Translations under genes and position numbers: made by a program | In this document: positions 45,613 to 54,487 of the stretch, piece after piece | Layout: each line of letters starts with the position of its first letter | How positions within the stretch are numbered: the first letter of the stretch is position 1 | The notes under the pieces: model-generated | The model's input: the letters and a program-made list of their open reading frames with translations, nothing else | The model's database searches: none | What the model was told of the DNA's origin: nothing | NCBI GenBank assembly: GCA_045544035.1 | Contig: JAZPYE010000002.1 | Location: forward strand, 7,898-71,897 | DNA length: 64,000 bases | DNA from: Acutalibacteraceae bacterium | GTDB taxonomy: Bacteria > Bacillota > Clostridia > Oscillospirales > Acutalibacteraceae | Direction: 5' to 3'

Positions 45613-46214
45613 TTTTCAAGCACCTCATTAATTATTTCTTTTTTTCTTGCAGTCTTTAAACGGCTGCTTAAAATTATATGTTCAACATCCTGCGCGGCGG
45701 CAAGAATGTTGTCGTTAACTACGATATAATCATAGTTTACTGCGTTTTCAATTTCGCGCAGCGCCTCACGCATACGCTTATTTATTACCACTTCATCATC
45801 GGTTCCGCGGGAGCTGAGCCTTCTTTTCAGCTCTGTAAAAGAGGGCGGCATTATGAAAATGCTCACGGCATCATTCATTTTTTCCTTAACCTTAAAGGCA
45901 CCGTTAACGTCAACCTCTAAAATCATATCTCGGCCTTCTTCCAACGCCTTATCAACCGGCTTTCGCGGCGTTCCGTAAAAATTGCCGATAAATTCGTTGT
46001 ATTCGAGAAGTTCATCATTTAAAAGCATTTTAAGAAAATCTTCTCTGGACACGAAATTATATTTTTCTCCCTCAACCTCACCCGGTCGCATAGGGCGGGT
46101 AATGGTGGAAATGGAAAAGGCAACATCGGGAAGGAGCTTAAAGACCTCCTTTAAAACCGTGTCCTTGCCTGAGCCTGAGGGACCCGAAATGATAAAAAGA
46201 CTGCCTTTATTCAT
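45606..46214 (-). CDS. gmk: Guanylate kinase
   Basis: Start at ATG 46214 ([19 protein letters not shown]), overlapping the remA stop by 8 nt. Confidence 0.95.
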   Translation of the reverse strand: MNKGSLFIISGPSGSGKDTVLKEVFKLLPDVAFSISTITRPMRPGEVEGEKYNFVSREDFLKMLLNDELLEYNEFIGNFYGTPRKPVDKALEEGRDMILEVDVNGAFKVKEKMNDAVSIFIMPPSFTELKRRLSSRGTDDEVVINKRMREALREIENAVNYDYIVVNDNILAAAQDVEHIILSSRLKTARKKEIINEVLEKC

Positions 46215-46476
46215 CCTCTTCCTCCTCATCATCCATTGCGTTTTCATCATCAATTCTGTTAGCAACGGTTTCCGACTGCAGGTAGGTCAGAATTATATGG
46301 TCACTGTCGGTTATAATAACCGCCCTTGTTCTGCGGCCGTGGGTGGCATCAATAAGAGTGCCGCGCTCCTTTGCATCCTGAATAATGCGCTTTATGGGAG
46401 CCGATTCAGGGCTTACGATAGCAATCATTCTATTTGCGGCAACCATATTGCCAAAACCAATGTTAACAAGTTTCAT
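46207..46476 (-). CDS. remA: RemA/YlzA (DUF370) regulator
   Basis: Start at ATG 46476 after [64 protein letters not shown]. Acidic tail. Confidence 0.9.
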   Translation of the reverse strand: MKLVNIGFGNMVAANRMIAIVSPESAPIKRIIQDAKERGTLIDATHGRRTRAVIITDSDHIILTYLQSETVANRIDDENAMDDEEEEDE

Positions 46477-46503
46477 TTTTAACACTCCTCTTCTCCTAAA
46501 GGA

Positions 46504-47382
46504 CTACTCGATGTTCTGAATCTGTTCGCGGATCTTTTCAATTTCCGCCTTAATGTCAATAACCGCACGGGCAATTTCAATATCCTGTGCTTTAGAGCCA
46601 ATGGTGTTTGCCTCTCGGTTCATTTCCTGAACAACGAAGTCAAGCTTTCGGCCGATTGCCTCATTTTCCTCCATCAAAGCACACAACTGCTGCATATGGC
46701 TTCTCAGCCTTACGGTTTCCTCGGCAACCGCCACCTTGTCAGCGAAAATTGCGGTTTCGGTGAGCAGCCTTTGTTCATCTACCTGAACATTGCCAAGAAG
46801 TTCAAGCATTTTTTGCTCAATTCTCTCGCGGTAAATTTTAACCGTTTCGGGCGACCTTTTTTCAATAAGCTCCACCCTGCTGAGAATTATTCCAACACGA
46901 TTTTTAACATCAGTTTTCAGGCGCTGACCCTCGGTTTCACGCATTGCAACAAAGGCATCTGCCGCAGCAGAGGCAACGGTTAAAACGCTCTCGGTTAAAA
47001 GGTCGGCATCAAGGTCGTTTTTGGTGATTTTGAAAACCTCGGGGTTTCTTGCCACCGCCATAACCGAAATATCATCCTTTAAATCATAGCAGGTCTTAAG
47101 CGTTTTAAGAGCATTTAAATAGGAATCGCAATATTCCCCGTTAATTTCCACCTTTGTTCCGCCGGGCCTTGTGTCATCAATTAAAACCGAGACCTCAACC
47201 TTGCCTCGGGCAATACGGCCTTGGCAAAAGTTTTTAAGCTTTTCTTCAAGATATTGGTAAGACCTTGGAAGGCGGGAAGAAAACTCAAAATAACGGTGAT
47301 TAACAGATTTGATTTCCACCGTTACATTAAGTCCGTCAAAATCCTGTTCGGCCCTTCCGAAGCCTGTCATACTTCTAACCAT
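46504..47382 (-). CDS. yicC: YicC/YloC family stress-induced protein (endoribonuclease)
   Basis: 292 aa. MVRSMTGFGRAE N-terminus and the C-terminal DUF1732 motif EMNREANTIGSKA. Confidence 0.9.
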   Translation of the reverse strand: MVRSMTGFGRAEQDFDGLNVTVEIKSVNHRYFEFSSRLPRSYQYLEEKLKNFCQGRIARGKVEVSVLIDDTRPGGTKVEINGEYCDSYLNALKTLKTCYDLKDDISVMAVARNPEVFKITKNDLDADLLTESVLTVASAAADAFVAMRETEGQRLKTDVKNRVGIILSRVELIEKRSPETVKIYRERIEQKMLELLGNVQVDEQRLLTETAIFADKVAVAEETVRLRSHMQQLCALMEENEAIGRKLDFVVQEMNREANTIGSKAQDIEIARAVIDIKAEIEKIREQIQNIE

Positions 47383-47506
47383 TTTATTACCTCACTGTTT
47401 TTGGGACATATGCACCCAATATAGATAATAATATTTTATCAAATATATAATACCTTTGTCAACTCATATCGTAGTTTGTAACCATTTTTAACCTTTTATT
47501 TGGGTC

Positions 47507-47550
47507 TAAAAAAGCAAAAAACAAGCGAAAATCAATGATTTTCGCTTGTT
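47507..47550 (-). terminator. Rho-independent terminator after htrA
   Basis: On the minus strand: AACAAGCGAAAATC-ATT-GATTTTCGCTTGTT followed by TTTTTGCTTTTTT. Confidence 0.8.
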
Positions 47551-47567
47551 TTCTTTGTTTTTTTCGT

Positions 47568-48794
47568 TTATTGCTGATTGTTCGAGCCCACGGTGAGTGA
47601 GGTGGAATAGTACTTTCCGCTTTCGTAAACCACCACGGTTATAACCTCGTTGGGGGTGCATTCGCTTATTGCTTTTGTAAGCACGGTGTAATCGGTAATC
47701 TTAATTCCGTTAAACTCGGTAATAATGTGACCGCGCTTAATGCCTGCATCACTTGCGGGGCCACCATCAACAACATTTTGAACAACGGCACCTGCGGGGT
47801 AACCCAGGTATTTAAGGGTTGCGGCATCATAGCGTTCGCTTATGGTTATACCGATATAAGGTGTGGGTGCATACTCCTTATCAATAATCTTGTTGCAGAT
47901 TTCCTTAACCTCATCAACAGGAATTGCAAAGCCCATTCCTTCATAGCTTTCGGAAACAATTTTAGAACTGTTAACACCAATAAGCTGACCCTTTGTGTTT
48001 ACAAGTGCACCGCCGGAATTACCGGGGTTAATTGCGGCATCGGTTTGAATAAGCGGCACAGCATCGTTTGTGCTGCCATCGGAAACGGTTCGGTTAAGGC
48101 CGCTTATAATTCCATAGGTTACCGAGCCCATAAACTCAATTCCGCCGGGGTTACCAACTGCGGCAACGAACTGGCCAACCTTTAAATTCTCAGAGGTGGA
48201 AAGCTCAATAGCGTTTAACTTTTTGCTGGTTTTGATTTTAACAACGGCAAGGTCATAGGAAATGTTGTAGCCCACAACCGTTGCCTCAATTCCGTTGTTG
48301 GGGTCGCCCTCAAGGAAAACCTCAATGCGGCTTTTTGAGTTGCCAATGGCATTTTCAATAACATGATAGTTTGTGATAATATAGCCATCGTTTGTGTAAA
48401 TAATACCCGAGCCCTCGCCTGTTGCTTCCTCACCAGAGCCGAAAAAGCTGTTATATGAGGAAAGGGTTCTTATTCCCACAACGCTGGGCTTCACCTTTTC
48501 GGCGACAGCCTCAATAACCGATTCAACGGTTTTGTCAACATTAATGTTAACAATGCCCATATTATCGCTGGAGCTTACCGTGTTTGAACTGCTTTCATTT
48601 TGGGTGGTGGGTTCCTTAAAGTAATTCATTCCCACAAATGCGGCGCCAAAGCCCGAAGCGGCACCTACAACCAGGGATAAAATCACCGAAACAATGATGG
48701 TGATAACCCTTGAATTACTGGATTTAGGTTTGTTTTCTATAGGCGGCTGCTCGTAGCCGTTATCGTTTAAATCGAAAGAGAAATTGTTATCCAT
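47568..48794 (-). CDS. htrA: HtrA/DegP-type trypsin-like serine protease with a PDZ domain
   Basis: 408 aa. N-terminal TM anchor. Catalytic GNSGGAL, His in TNYHV, and a C-terminal PDZ domain. Confidence 0.9.
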   Translation of the reverse strand: MDNNFSFDLNDNGYEQPPIENKPKSSNSRVITIIVSVILSLVVGAASGFGAAFVGMNYFKEPTTQNESSSNTVSSSDNMGIVNINVDKTVESVIEAVAEKVKPSVVGIRTLSSYNSFFGSGEEATGEGSGIIYTNDGYIITNYHVIENAIGNSKSRIEVFLEGDPNNGIEATVVGYNISYDLAVVKIKTSKKLNAIELSTSENLKVGQFVAAVGNPGGIEFMGSVTYGIISGLNRTVSDGSTNDAVPLIQTDAAINPGNSGGALVNTKGQLIGVNSSKIVSESYEGMGFAIPVDEVKEICNKIIDKEYAPTPYIGITISERYDAATLKYLGYPAGAVVQNVVDGGPASDAGIKRGHIITEFNGIKITDYTVLTKAISECTPNEVITVVVYESGKYYSTSLTVGSNNQQ

Positions 48795-48882
48795 TTAAGC
48801 ACCTGCTTTTTCTTTTTTGCATTTTAATAATACTGAAATTTTATGACATTTTTAAAACAAAAATGTTAATTTTTAGTGAATT

Positions 48883-49611
48883 TTAAAATTTTCTCCGTTT
48901 TATGCGAACAAACTCTCTAACATCGTTGTCCTCACGGTTTTTTCTTATCTGCGAAACAATTGAAAAGATTAAAAATCCCATTGCGATAACAAAGCCTAAA
49001 ATTAACACCGACATTAAAATAAGCACAACCGTTTCGGTGAGAGTTGCCTTCTTTTTAATTGTTTTAATTTGGGCGGCAGAGAGCACCTGCTGTTCAAAAC
49101 TTTCACTGGGAGAATTTGAATAAAAATTAAAGGTGTAAAGCCTGCCGTTTTTTATGGTTATATACTGTGAAACCCAGTAGCTTCCCGCATCATCGGTGAT
49201 TTGTGAAACGCTGTGAACAAAGGCTGTATCACTAACATTTACAACACCTTTCGCAGTGGAGGAAAGCTCCTTTGCAACCGACAAAAGGTTATCCCCTGAA
49301 AGGAGGGATAAATCCTCCATTTTTTTAGAAAACTGGGTTTCCTCAGCCCTTATTTGAATTTGAGATTTCGTGTCGGCGTGAAGAATAAATGCCACCAGCG
49401 TACCCTCCACAAAAAGAGCCTTAAAGGAACTTTTTGTGTAGCCCAAATTTTCAACGATTTCTTCATTTTTCGACACCGAATCCTCGGTGATGATAAAAAA
49501 CTCTTCACCGAGATTGAGGGAAATATCCACATCAGAGGGGGTAGCGGCAAAGGCCGTTACACTAAAAAGGCACATAAGGGCCAAAAATAAAGCAAATGCT
49601 TTCGTTTTCAA
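48883..49611 (-). CDS. Hypothetical exported protein with a signal peptide and a C-terminal TM anchor
   Basis: 242 aa. Signal peptide MKTKAFALFLALMCLFSVTAFA. The C-terminal helix VVLILMSVLILGFVIAMGFLIFSIV is followed by a basic tail. Confidence 0.6.
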   Translation of the reverse strand: MKTKAFALFLALMCLFSVTAFAATPSDVDISLNLGEEFFIITEDSVSKNEEIVENLGYTKSSFKALFVEGTLVAFILHADTKSQIQIRAEETQFSKKMEDLSLLSGDNLLSVAKELSSTAKGVVNVSDTAFVHSVSQITDDAGSYWVSQYITIKNGRLYTFNFYSNSPSESFEQQVLSAAQIKTIKKKATLTETVVLILMSVLILGFVIAMGFLIFSIVSQIRKNREDNDVREFVRIKRRKF

Positions 49612-49622
49612 TCTAATTCATC

Positions 49623-50477
49623 CTAAATTTTATTTTGTTTCTTTGCGGCGGTAAGGGTGTTTTGCAAAAGCATTGCAATGGTCATGGGGCCAACACCACC
49701 TGGAACGGGGGTAATAGCACTGCATTTTTCTTTAACGGCATCAAAATCAACATCACCGCAAAGCTTATTTTCTGCATTTCGGTTCATTCCAACATCAATA
49801 ACAACAGCGCCCTCTTTAACCATATCAGCAGTTACAAAGCCTGCCCTGCCAACAGCGCTTACAAGCACATCGGCACGAGAGGTAACCGCCTTTAAATCCT
49901 TGGTTTTTGAGTGGCAAACGGTAACCGTTGCGTTTTTGTGGAGAAGCAGCATTGCCATAGGTTTGCCAACAATGTTAGAGCGACCGATTACAACGCATTC
50001 CTTACCGCAAACATCAATGTTCATGTAATCGAGCATTTCCATAATTCCCGCAGGTGTGCAGGGCAAAAAGTCAAAATCCCCAATCATAATTTTGCCCACA
50101 TTAACGGGGTGGAATGCATCTACATCCTTTTCGGGAACAATGGTGTTTATAACGGTGCTTTCATCAAGGTGAGCGGGCAGTGGCAGTTGACACAAAATGC
50201 CGTTTACCTCGCTATCCACATTAAGTTTTTTAATAAGAGAAATAAGCTCTTCTTCGGTTGTTTGTTCAGGGAGTTTAAATTCAAAGGATTTAATTCCAAG
50301 CTCCTCGCAGGCCTTTTTCTTGTTGGCAACATAAACCTTTGATGCAGGATTTTCACCCACCAAAATAACCGCGAGGCCGACACCTATCCCCTTTACTTTA
50401 AGAGCCTCAACCTCGTTTTTTATTCTTTCCTTAACGGCGGTGGAAATTTCCTTGCCGTTTATAATTTTGTAAGCCAT
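49623..50477 (-). CDS. folD: Bifunctional methylenetetrahydrofolate dehydrogenase / methenyl-THF cyclohydrolase
   Basis: 284 aa. Motifs GILCQLPLP, GRSNIVGKPMAMLL and TPVPGGVGPMT. Confidence 0.96.
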   Translation of the reverse strand: MAYKIINGKEISTAVKERIKNEVEALKVKGIGVGLAVILVGENPASKVYVANKKKACEELGIKSFEFKLPEQTTEEELISLIKKLNVDSEVNGILCQLPLPAHLDESTVINTIVPEKDVDAFHPVNVGKIMIGDFDFLPCTPAGIMEMLDYMNIDVCGKECVVIGRSNIVGKPMAMLLLHKNATVTVCHSKTKDLKAVTSRADVLVSAVGRAGFVTADMVKEGAVVIDVGMNRNAENKLCGDVDFDAVKEKCSAITPVPGGVGPMTIAMLLQNTLTAAKKQNKI

Positions 50478-50480
50478 TTT

Positions 50481-51371
50481 TTAATCCTCGGTTTCTTCTT
50501 TTGTTTCCTCTTTTTCCTCTTCATTTTCAACGAATTGTGAGGAATAGGCAGCATCGGAAACTGCTGTTTTTTGCCTGTTTCTTATAACGGCAATAAGTGT
50601 AATACCAAGAGCGCAAAGTGCAAAAGAGAAAAGCACCGAAACGCGGAAGGGTCCAATCATTAAAGAATCGGTTCTGAGCATTTCAATAAACATTCTGCCA
50701 AGCCCGTACCAAACGCAGTAGCCCAATGCGATTTCGCCGCTGAAATGGCGCTTTTTAGAGAGGATATGTAAAAGCACAAAGCCCACAGCGCACCAAACCG
50801 ATTCATAAAGGAAGCAGGGGTGAACAAGGCCCTCGCCGCAAACGGCATTTGTATTAACGCTTTCCATTCCCCACCAGGTGCTGCCTGTAAGGGTGCCAAA
50901 TGCCTCTTGATTTATAAAGTTGCCCCAGCGGCCCACCGATTGACCGATTAAAAAGCCTAAGGCCGCTAAATCCAGCATATCGGGAACATTAATCTTGCGA
51001 AGCTTGCACATTAGCACACCGCAAAGGGCGGCGCCGATAACACCGCCGTAAATTGCCAGGCCTGCAAAGCCCGAAGAATCGCCAAAGCCAAAGAATTCGC
51101 CAAAGGAGGAAATGCTGCCATTGGGGTCAAAAAGCACATAATAAGCCCTTGCGCAAAGGATGGCAACGGGTGTGGTTACAAGAACAACATCAAGCATTCT
51201 GTCAATGTTAATTTCAAAGCGTTTTGCATTTTTAAGGCCGTAAATAATGGCAAGCAGAAATCCCGTTGCAATTAAAATACCGTACCAATAAACATTCCAG
51301 CCATCCCCTATGGGAATGGTAAAAGCAATTGGATTAAGGGTTAAATGAATTCCAAAAATTGTTACTTCCAT
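50481..51371 (-). CDS. lgt: Prolipoprotein diacylglyceryl transferase
   Basis: 296 aa polytopic protein with GRWGNFINQEAFG. Acidic C-terminal tail. Confidence 0.93.
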   Translation of the reverse strand: MEVTIFGIHLTLNPIAFTIPIGDGWNVYWYGILIATGFLLAIIYGLKNAKRFEINIDRMLDVVLVTTPVAILCARAYYVLFDPNGSISSFGEFFGFGDSSGFAGLAIYGGVIGAALCGVLMCKLRKINVPDMLDLAALGFLIGQSVGRWGNFINQEAFGTLTGSTWWGMESVNTNAVCGEGLVHPCFLYESVWCAVGFVLLHILSKKRHFSGEIALGYCVWYGLGRMFIEMLRTDSLMIGPFRVSVLFSFALCALGITLIAVIRNRQKTAVSDAAYSSQFVENEEEKEETKEETED

Positions 51372-51376
51372 TTTGC

Positions 51377-52642
51377 CTACTCCTTACTTTTAACCACCGA
51401 TAAAACGGAGGTTTCTTCCTTTAACTGTTTTAAGCAACGGGTTACATCATCTTTAGTGATTTTGCTTAGTTTCTCTAAATCGCCAAAGACCTCATCACCG
51501 CTTACTGCCGCCTCGCAAAGCTGCATTCCTATTGACTGAACTGAATTAAAGCGTTTAACAGCATCACCGTACATTCCACGCTTTACCGCCTCGAAAATGT
51601 TATCATCAATTCCGTTTTCGATTAGCCTTGCAATTTCACGGTTTATAGCATTTTTAACTGCCTCAGGCTCTCCCGACTCCCCCGAAAAGATAACCGAAGC
51701 GTATCCGTTACCGCAAAAAACCTCGGTATCAAACTCATCGTTAATGAGAGATTTATTCATTAAATCCTCAAACAAATCAGAGTTATCCCCTGCCAAAATA
51801 TCAAGGGCGGCCTGGAAGCAAATTCGCTCCCTCAAAGGCATTGTGCCTTCGGTTTTAAGCTTAAAGCCATAGCAGAAAAGGGGTTGTGCCACCTGCAAAT
51901 TTTGCTCGGTGTAGGTGCTTAAAACGCTGTCGCTTTCAGGGTGCTCGCCGCGAATTATCGCTATCTTATCGTTTTTCTTAATACCCTTTTCAATTTGGTC
52001 TAAAACGGCATTTGCATCCACCTTGCCTGCAATGCAAATGAACATATTTGAGGGGTGATAAAAGGTGTTATAGCACTCATAAAGCAGTTTATCATCAATT
52101 TTTGCAATGGACTCGGTGGTGCCTGCAATGTCAATTCTCACGGGGTGGTTTTGATACATTGCAAGGAGCATATTAAAAAGAACGCGCCAGGAAGGGCTAT
52201 CCTCATACATTCTTATTTCCTGACCGATTATTCCCTGCTCTTTTTTAACCGTTTCGGCGGTGAAATAAGGGCTTTGCACAAAATCAAGCAAGATTTCAAG
52301 ATTTTCTTTAAAGCTATCAGAGCAAGAGAAAAGATAGCAGGTTCTATCAAAAGAGGTAAATGCGTTGGCATAGGCGCCCGTTTCGGCATAGCGAGTAAAG
52401 GCATCGCCATCCTCACTTTCGAAAAGCTTGTGTTCAAGAAAGTGGGCAATACCCTCGGGAACCTGGGTGAAATTTTCACCGTCACGACTGAAAACCGTAT
52501 CAATCGAGCCATATTTTGTTCCAAAAAGAGCGTAGGCCGAATCATAATCCTTTTTTTCAACAATAAAAACCTGAAGCCCGCTATCAAGGGTTGCCTTTAC
52601 ACAGCAGACGCCAACGGGTGAACTGATTATTTCTTTTTTCAT
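51377..52642 (-). CDS. M16 family (pitrilysin/insulinase) zinc peptidase, catalytic subunit
   Basis: 421 aa with the inverted zinc motif HFLEH. Confidence 0.85.
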   Translation of the reverse strand: MKKEIISSPVGVCCVKATLDSGLQVFIVEKKDYDSAYALFGTKYGSIDTVFSRDGENFTQVPEGIAHFLEHKLFESEDGDAFTRYAETGAYANAFTSFDRTCYLFSCSDSFKENLEILLDFVQSPYFTAETVKKEQGIIGQEIRMYEDSPSWRVLFNMLLAMYQNHPVRIDIAGTTESIAKIDDKLLYECYNTFYHPSNMFICIAGKVDANAVLDQIEKGIKKNDKIAIIRGEHPESDSVLSTYTEQNLQVAQPLFCYGFKLKTEGTMPLRERICFQAALDILAGDNSDLFEDLMNKSLINDEFDTEVFCGNGYASVIFSGESGEPEAVKNAINREIARLIENGIDDNIFEAVKRGMYGDAVKRFNSVQSIGMQLCEAAVSGDEVFGDLEKLSKITKDDVTRCLKQLKEETSVLSVVKSKE

Positions 52643-53929
52643 TTATTTGGCCTCCGGTAAAAGCATGTAAACGGTGTTAAGGGAAATACTCTTTGCCGCA
52701 GCAATAACATCTTCCCTTGTCATTTTCCTTACTGCCTCACACATTTCCTCTGGTGCAGTAAGGTTTTCGTTATAAATTTTAAGAGCATACCATAAATCAA
52801 TGGAGGAAAGAGAATCGTTATAGCTTTTAAGCGAGCCGCAAATGCTTTTAATTGATGAATTAAACTCGAAATCGGAAAACTCGCCGTTTTTAACAATTTG
52901 GAGCTGATTTAAAATTTCATTTTTTGCCTTTTCGGCATTATCAGCTTCAAGTCCTGAATCAACCATAACAAAGCCTCGGCTTCTAACACTTGATGCCGAG
53001 CAATAATAACAAAGGCTCATTTTTTCTCTGACAACGCTAAACAGTCTTGAATAGGGTCCGCCGCCGAAAATATCAACGGCAACCATTAGGGGCAGAGACA
53101 CACTGTCATCACCGTAAACCGATGCTGTAAAGCCCATAACCAGCTTGCCTTGCACAACATCCATTCTATCTGTAACCTCTTTAACCGTTTCGCGCATTTT
53201 GGGTGCCGGCAGAACTTTGCAGTTTGTGATATTTTCCCTTTTAAGTGCACTGAACCTTTCACCGATTTTTTCGAACAGCCCTTCGGGCAGGGTTTCACCC
53301 ACGGCGTGCACACTTACGAAGGCGTGCCTTAACATATCATCGAGGGCATTTTTAAGACCTTTCTCGGTGATATTTAAAATATCCTCCCTAGTGCCAAGCT
53401 TGTTAAGACCAAAGGGATCGTTTTCAAACATTTCCTCCTTAAGGCGCTTTCTGGCAAAGTTTCTTTTTTCATTAAGCTCTGCCTCAAGGTCCTCAAGCAT
53501 TTTGCGCCTTTCCCGTGCCAAATCAGTCTGGTAAAAGGCACCGTTTTGAAGCCTTGGCTCAAAGAGCAGGGATAAAAGATAATCAGCCGCATCGCTTACG
53601 TTTTGCTCACCGCCTAAGGTATATTTATCGTTGATTGCGGTAATAACAAAACGAATAAGCTGGGTGCTACCAACCGGCATTGCCGAAACGGCAACATCGG
53701 CGCCGTAAAGCATATTAAGATGGCGGTTCATTTCCTTAAAACCGCCAAAACGGCCCGAACAGGTGCTAAGAACATAGGTCAGCATTGCATTGGCCGAAAC
53801 GGTTTCGCTTTTTAAGGGCATATAAAAATTAAGGGAAACGAGGGTGGTGTTAAAGCGTGTATTTTTAATAAAAAGGCCTTGTACACCCTCGGCAAGATTC
53901 AAAACAGAATTGCTGTTCAAAAACATCAC
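52643..53929 (-). CDS. M16 family peptidase-like protein, non-catalytic partner
   Basis: 428 aa with the M16 fold but no HxxEH motif. It abuts the catalytic partner with a 0-nt gap. Confidence 0.75.
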   Translation of the reverse strand: MMFLNSNSVLNLAEGVQGLFIKNTRFNTTLVSLNFYMPLKSETVSANAMLTYVLSTCSGRFGGFKEMNRHLNMLYGADVAVSAMPVGSTQLIRFVITAINDKYTLGGEQNVSDAADYLLSLLFEPRLQNGAFYQTDLARERRKMLEDLEAELNEKRNFARKRLKEEMFENDPFGLNKLGTREDILNITEKGLKNALDDMLRHAFVSVHAVGETLPEGLFEKIGERFSALKRENITNCKVLPAPKMRETVKEVTDRMDVVQGKLVMGFTASVYGDDSVSLPLMVAVDIFGGGPYSRLFSVVREKMSLCYYCSASSVRSRGFVMVDSGLEADNAEKAKNEILNQLQIVKNGEFSDFEFNSSIKSICGSLKSYNDSLSSIDLWYALKIYNENLTAPEEMCEAVRKMTREDVIAAAKSISLNTVYMLLPEAK

Positions 53930-54067
53930 TCCGAGCGATAGATAAAATATTACTTATACAGTATAACATAACTTAGAAGTTTATACCACAAAAAAATGTA
54001 AATTTTTTGTGACAAATAAAATAAAAATTCATTTACCCCCGATTCACACTTCAAAATATACGAAATA

Positions 54068-54096
54068 TTGACAAGAAAAAATTTTTAATATATAAT
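54068..54096 (+). promoter_or_regulatory. Consensus sigma-A promoter for the small membrane protein gene
   Basis: TTGACA (54068-54073), a 17-nt spacer, then TATAAT (54091-54096). Confidence 0.6.
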
Positions 54097-54116
54097 GACC
54101 TCAAGAGGTGTTTAAA

Positions 54117-54275
54117 ATGAAACTTAAAAAGTTTTTATATGTTGTTTTAATCATTTTAGCCGTTATTGCCGCCATTGCAGGGGCTGTTTATGTTATTGAC
54201 AGCCTTTTAAAGAAAAAAGAACTGATTAAAAAAGAATATCTCCCCTGTGAAATCACCGCAGTAGAGGCCGAATAG
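54117..54275 (+). CDS. 52-aa single-pass membrane protein (below the ORF-track cutoff)
   Basis: Own translation: MKLKKFLYVVLIILAVIAAIAGAVYVIDSLLKKKELIKKEYLPCEITAVEAE. AGAGGTG RBS. A consensus promoter lies upstream and a terminator downstream. Confidence 0.55.
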   Translation: MKLKKFLYVVLIILAVIAAIAGAVYVIDSLLKKKELIKKEYLPCEITAVEAE

Positions 54276-54382
54276 TTTACACGGCGTTGAATTTTTGCGT
54301 TTTTTATGGAAAAACACAAATCGTTTTGGCCAAATTCTTTGTTTTTCAATATTTTTTGTGCAAATTAAATAAAAAATACCCA

Positions 54383-54417
54383 ATTCAAGCATATGATAAT
54401 ATGCTTGAATTTTTTTG
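54383..54417 (+). terminator. Rho-independent terminator
   Basis: ATTCAAGCATAT-GATA-ATATGCTTGAAT followed by TTTTTT. Confidence 0.75.
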
Positions 54418-54487
54418 TGGAATAAGTTATTATATAAAGTAGATAATAATACTGTTTAAATCTATTTTTTTATAAGGATGGTACCAA

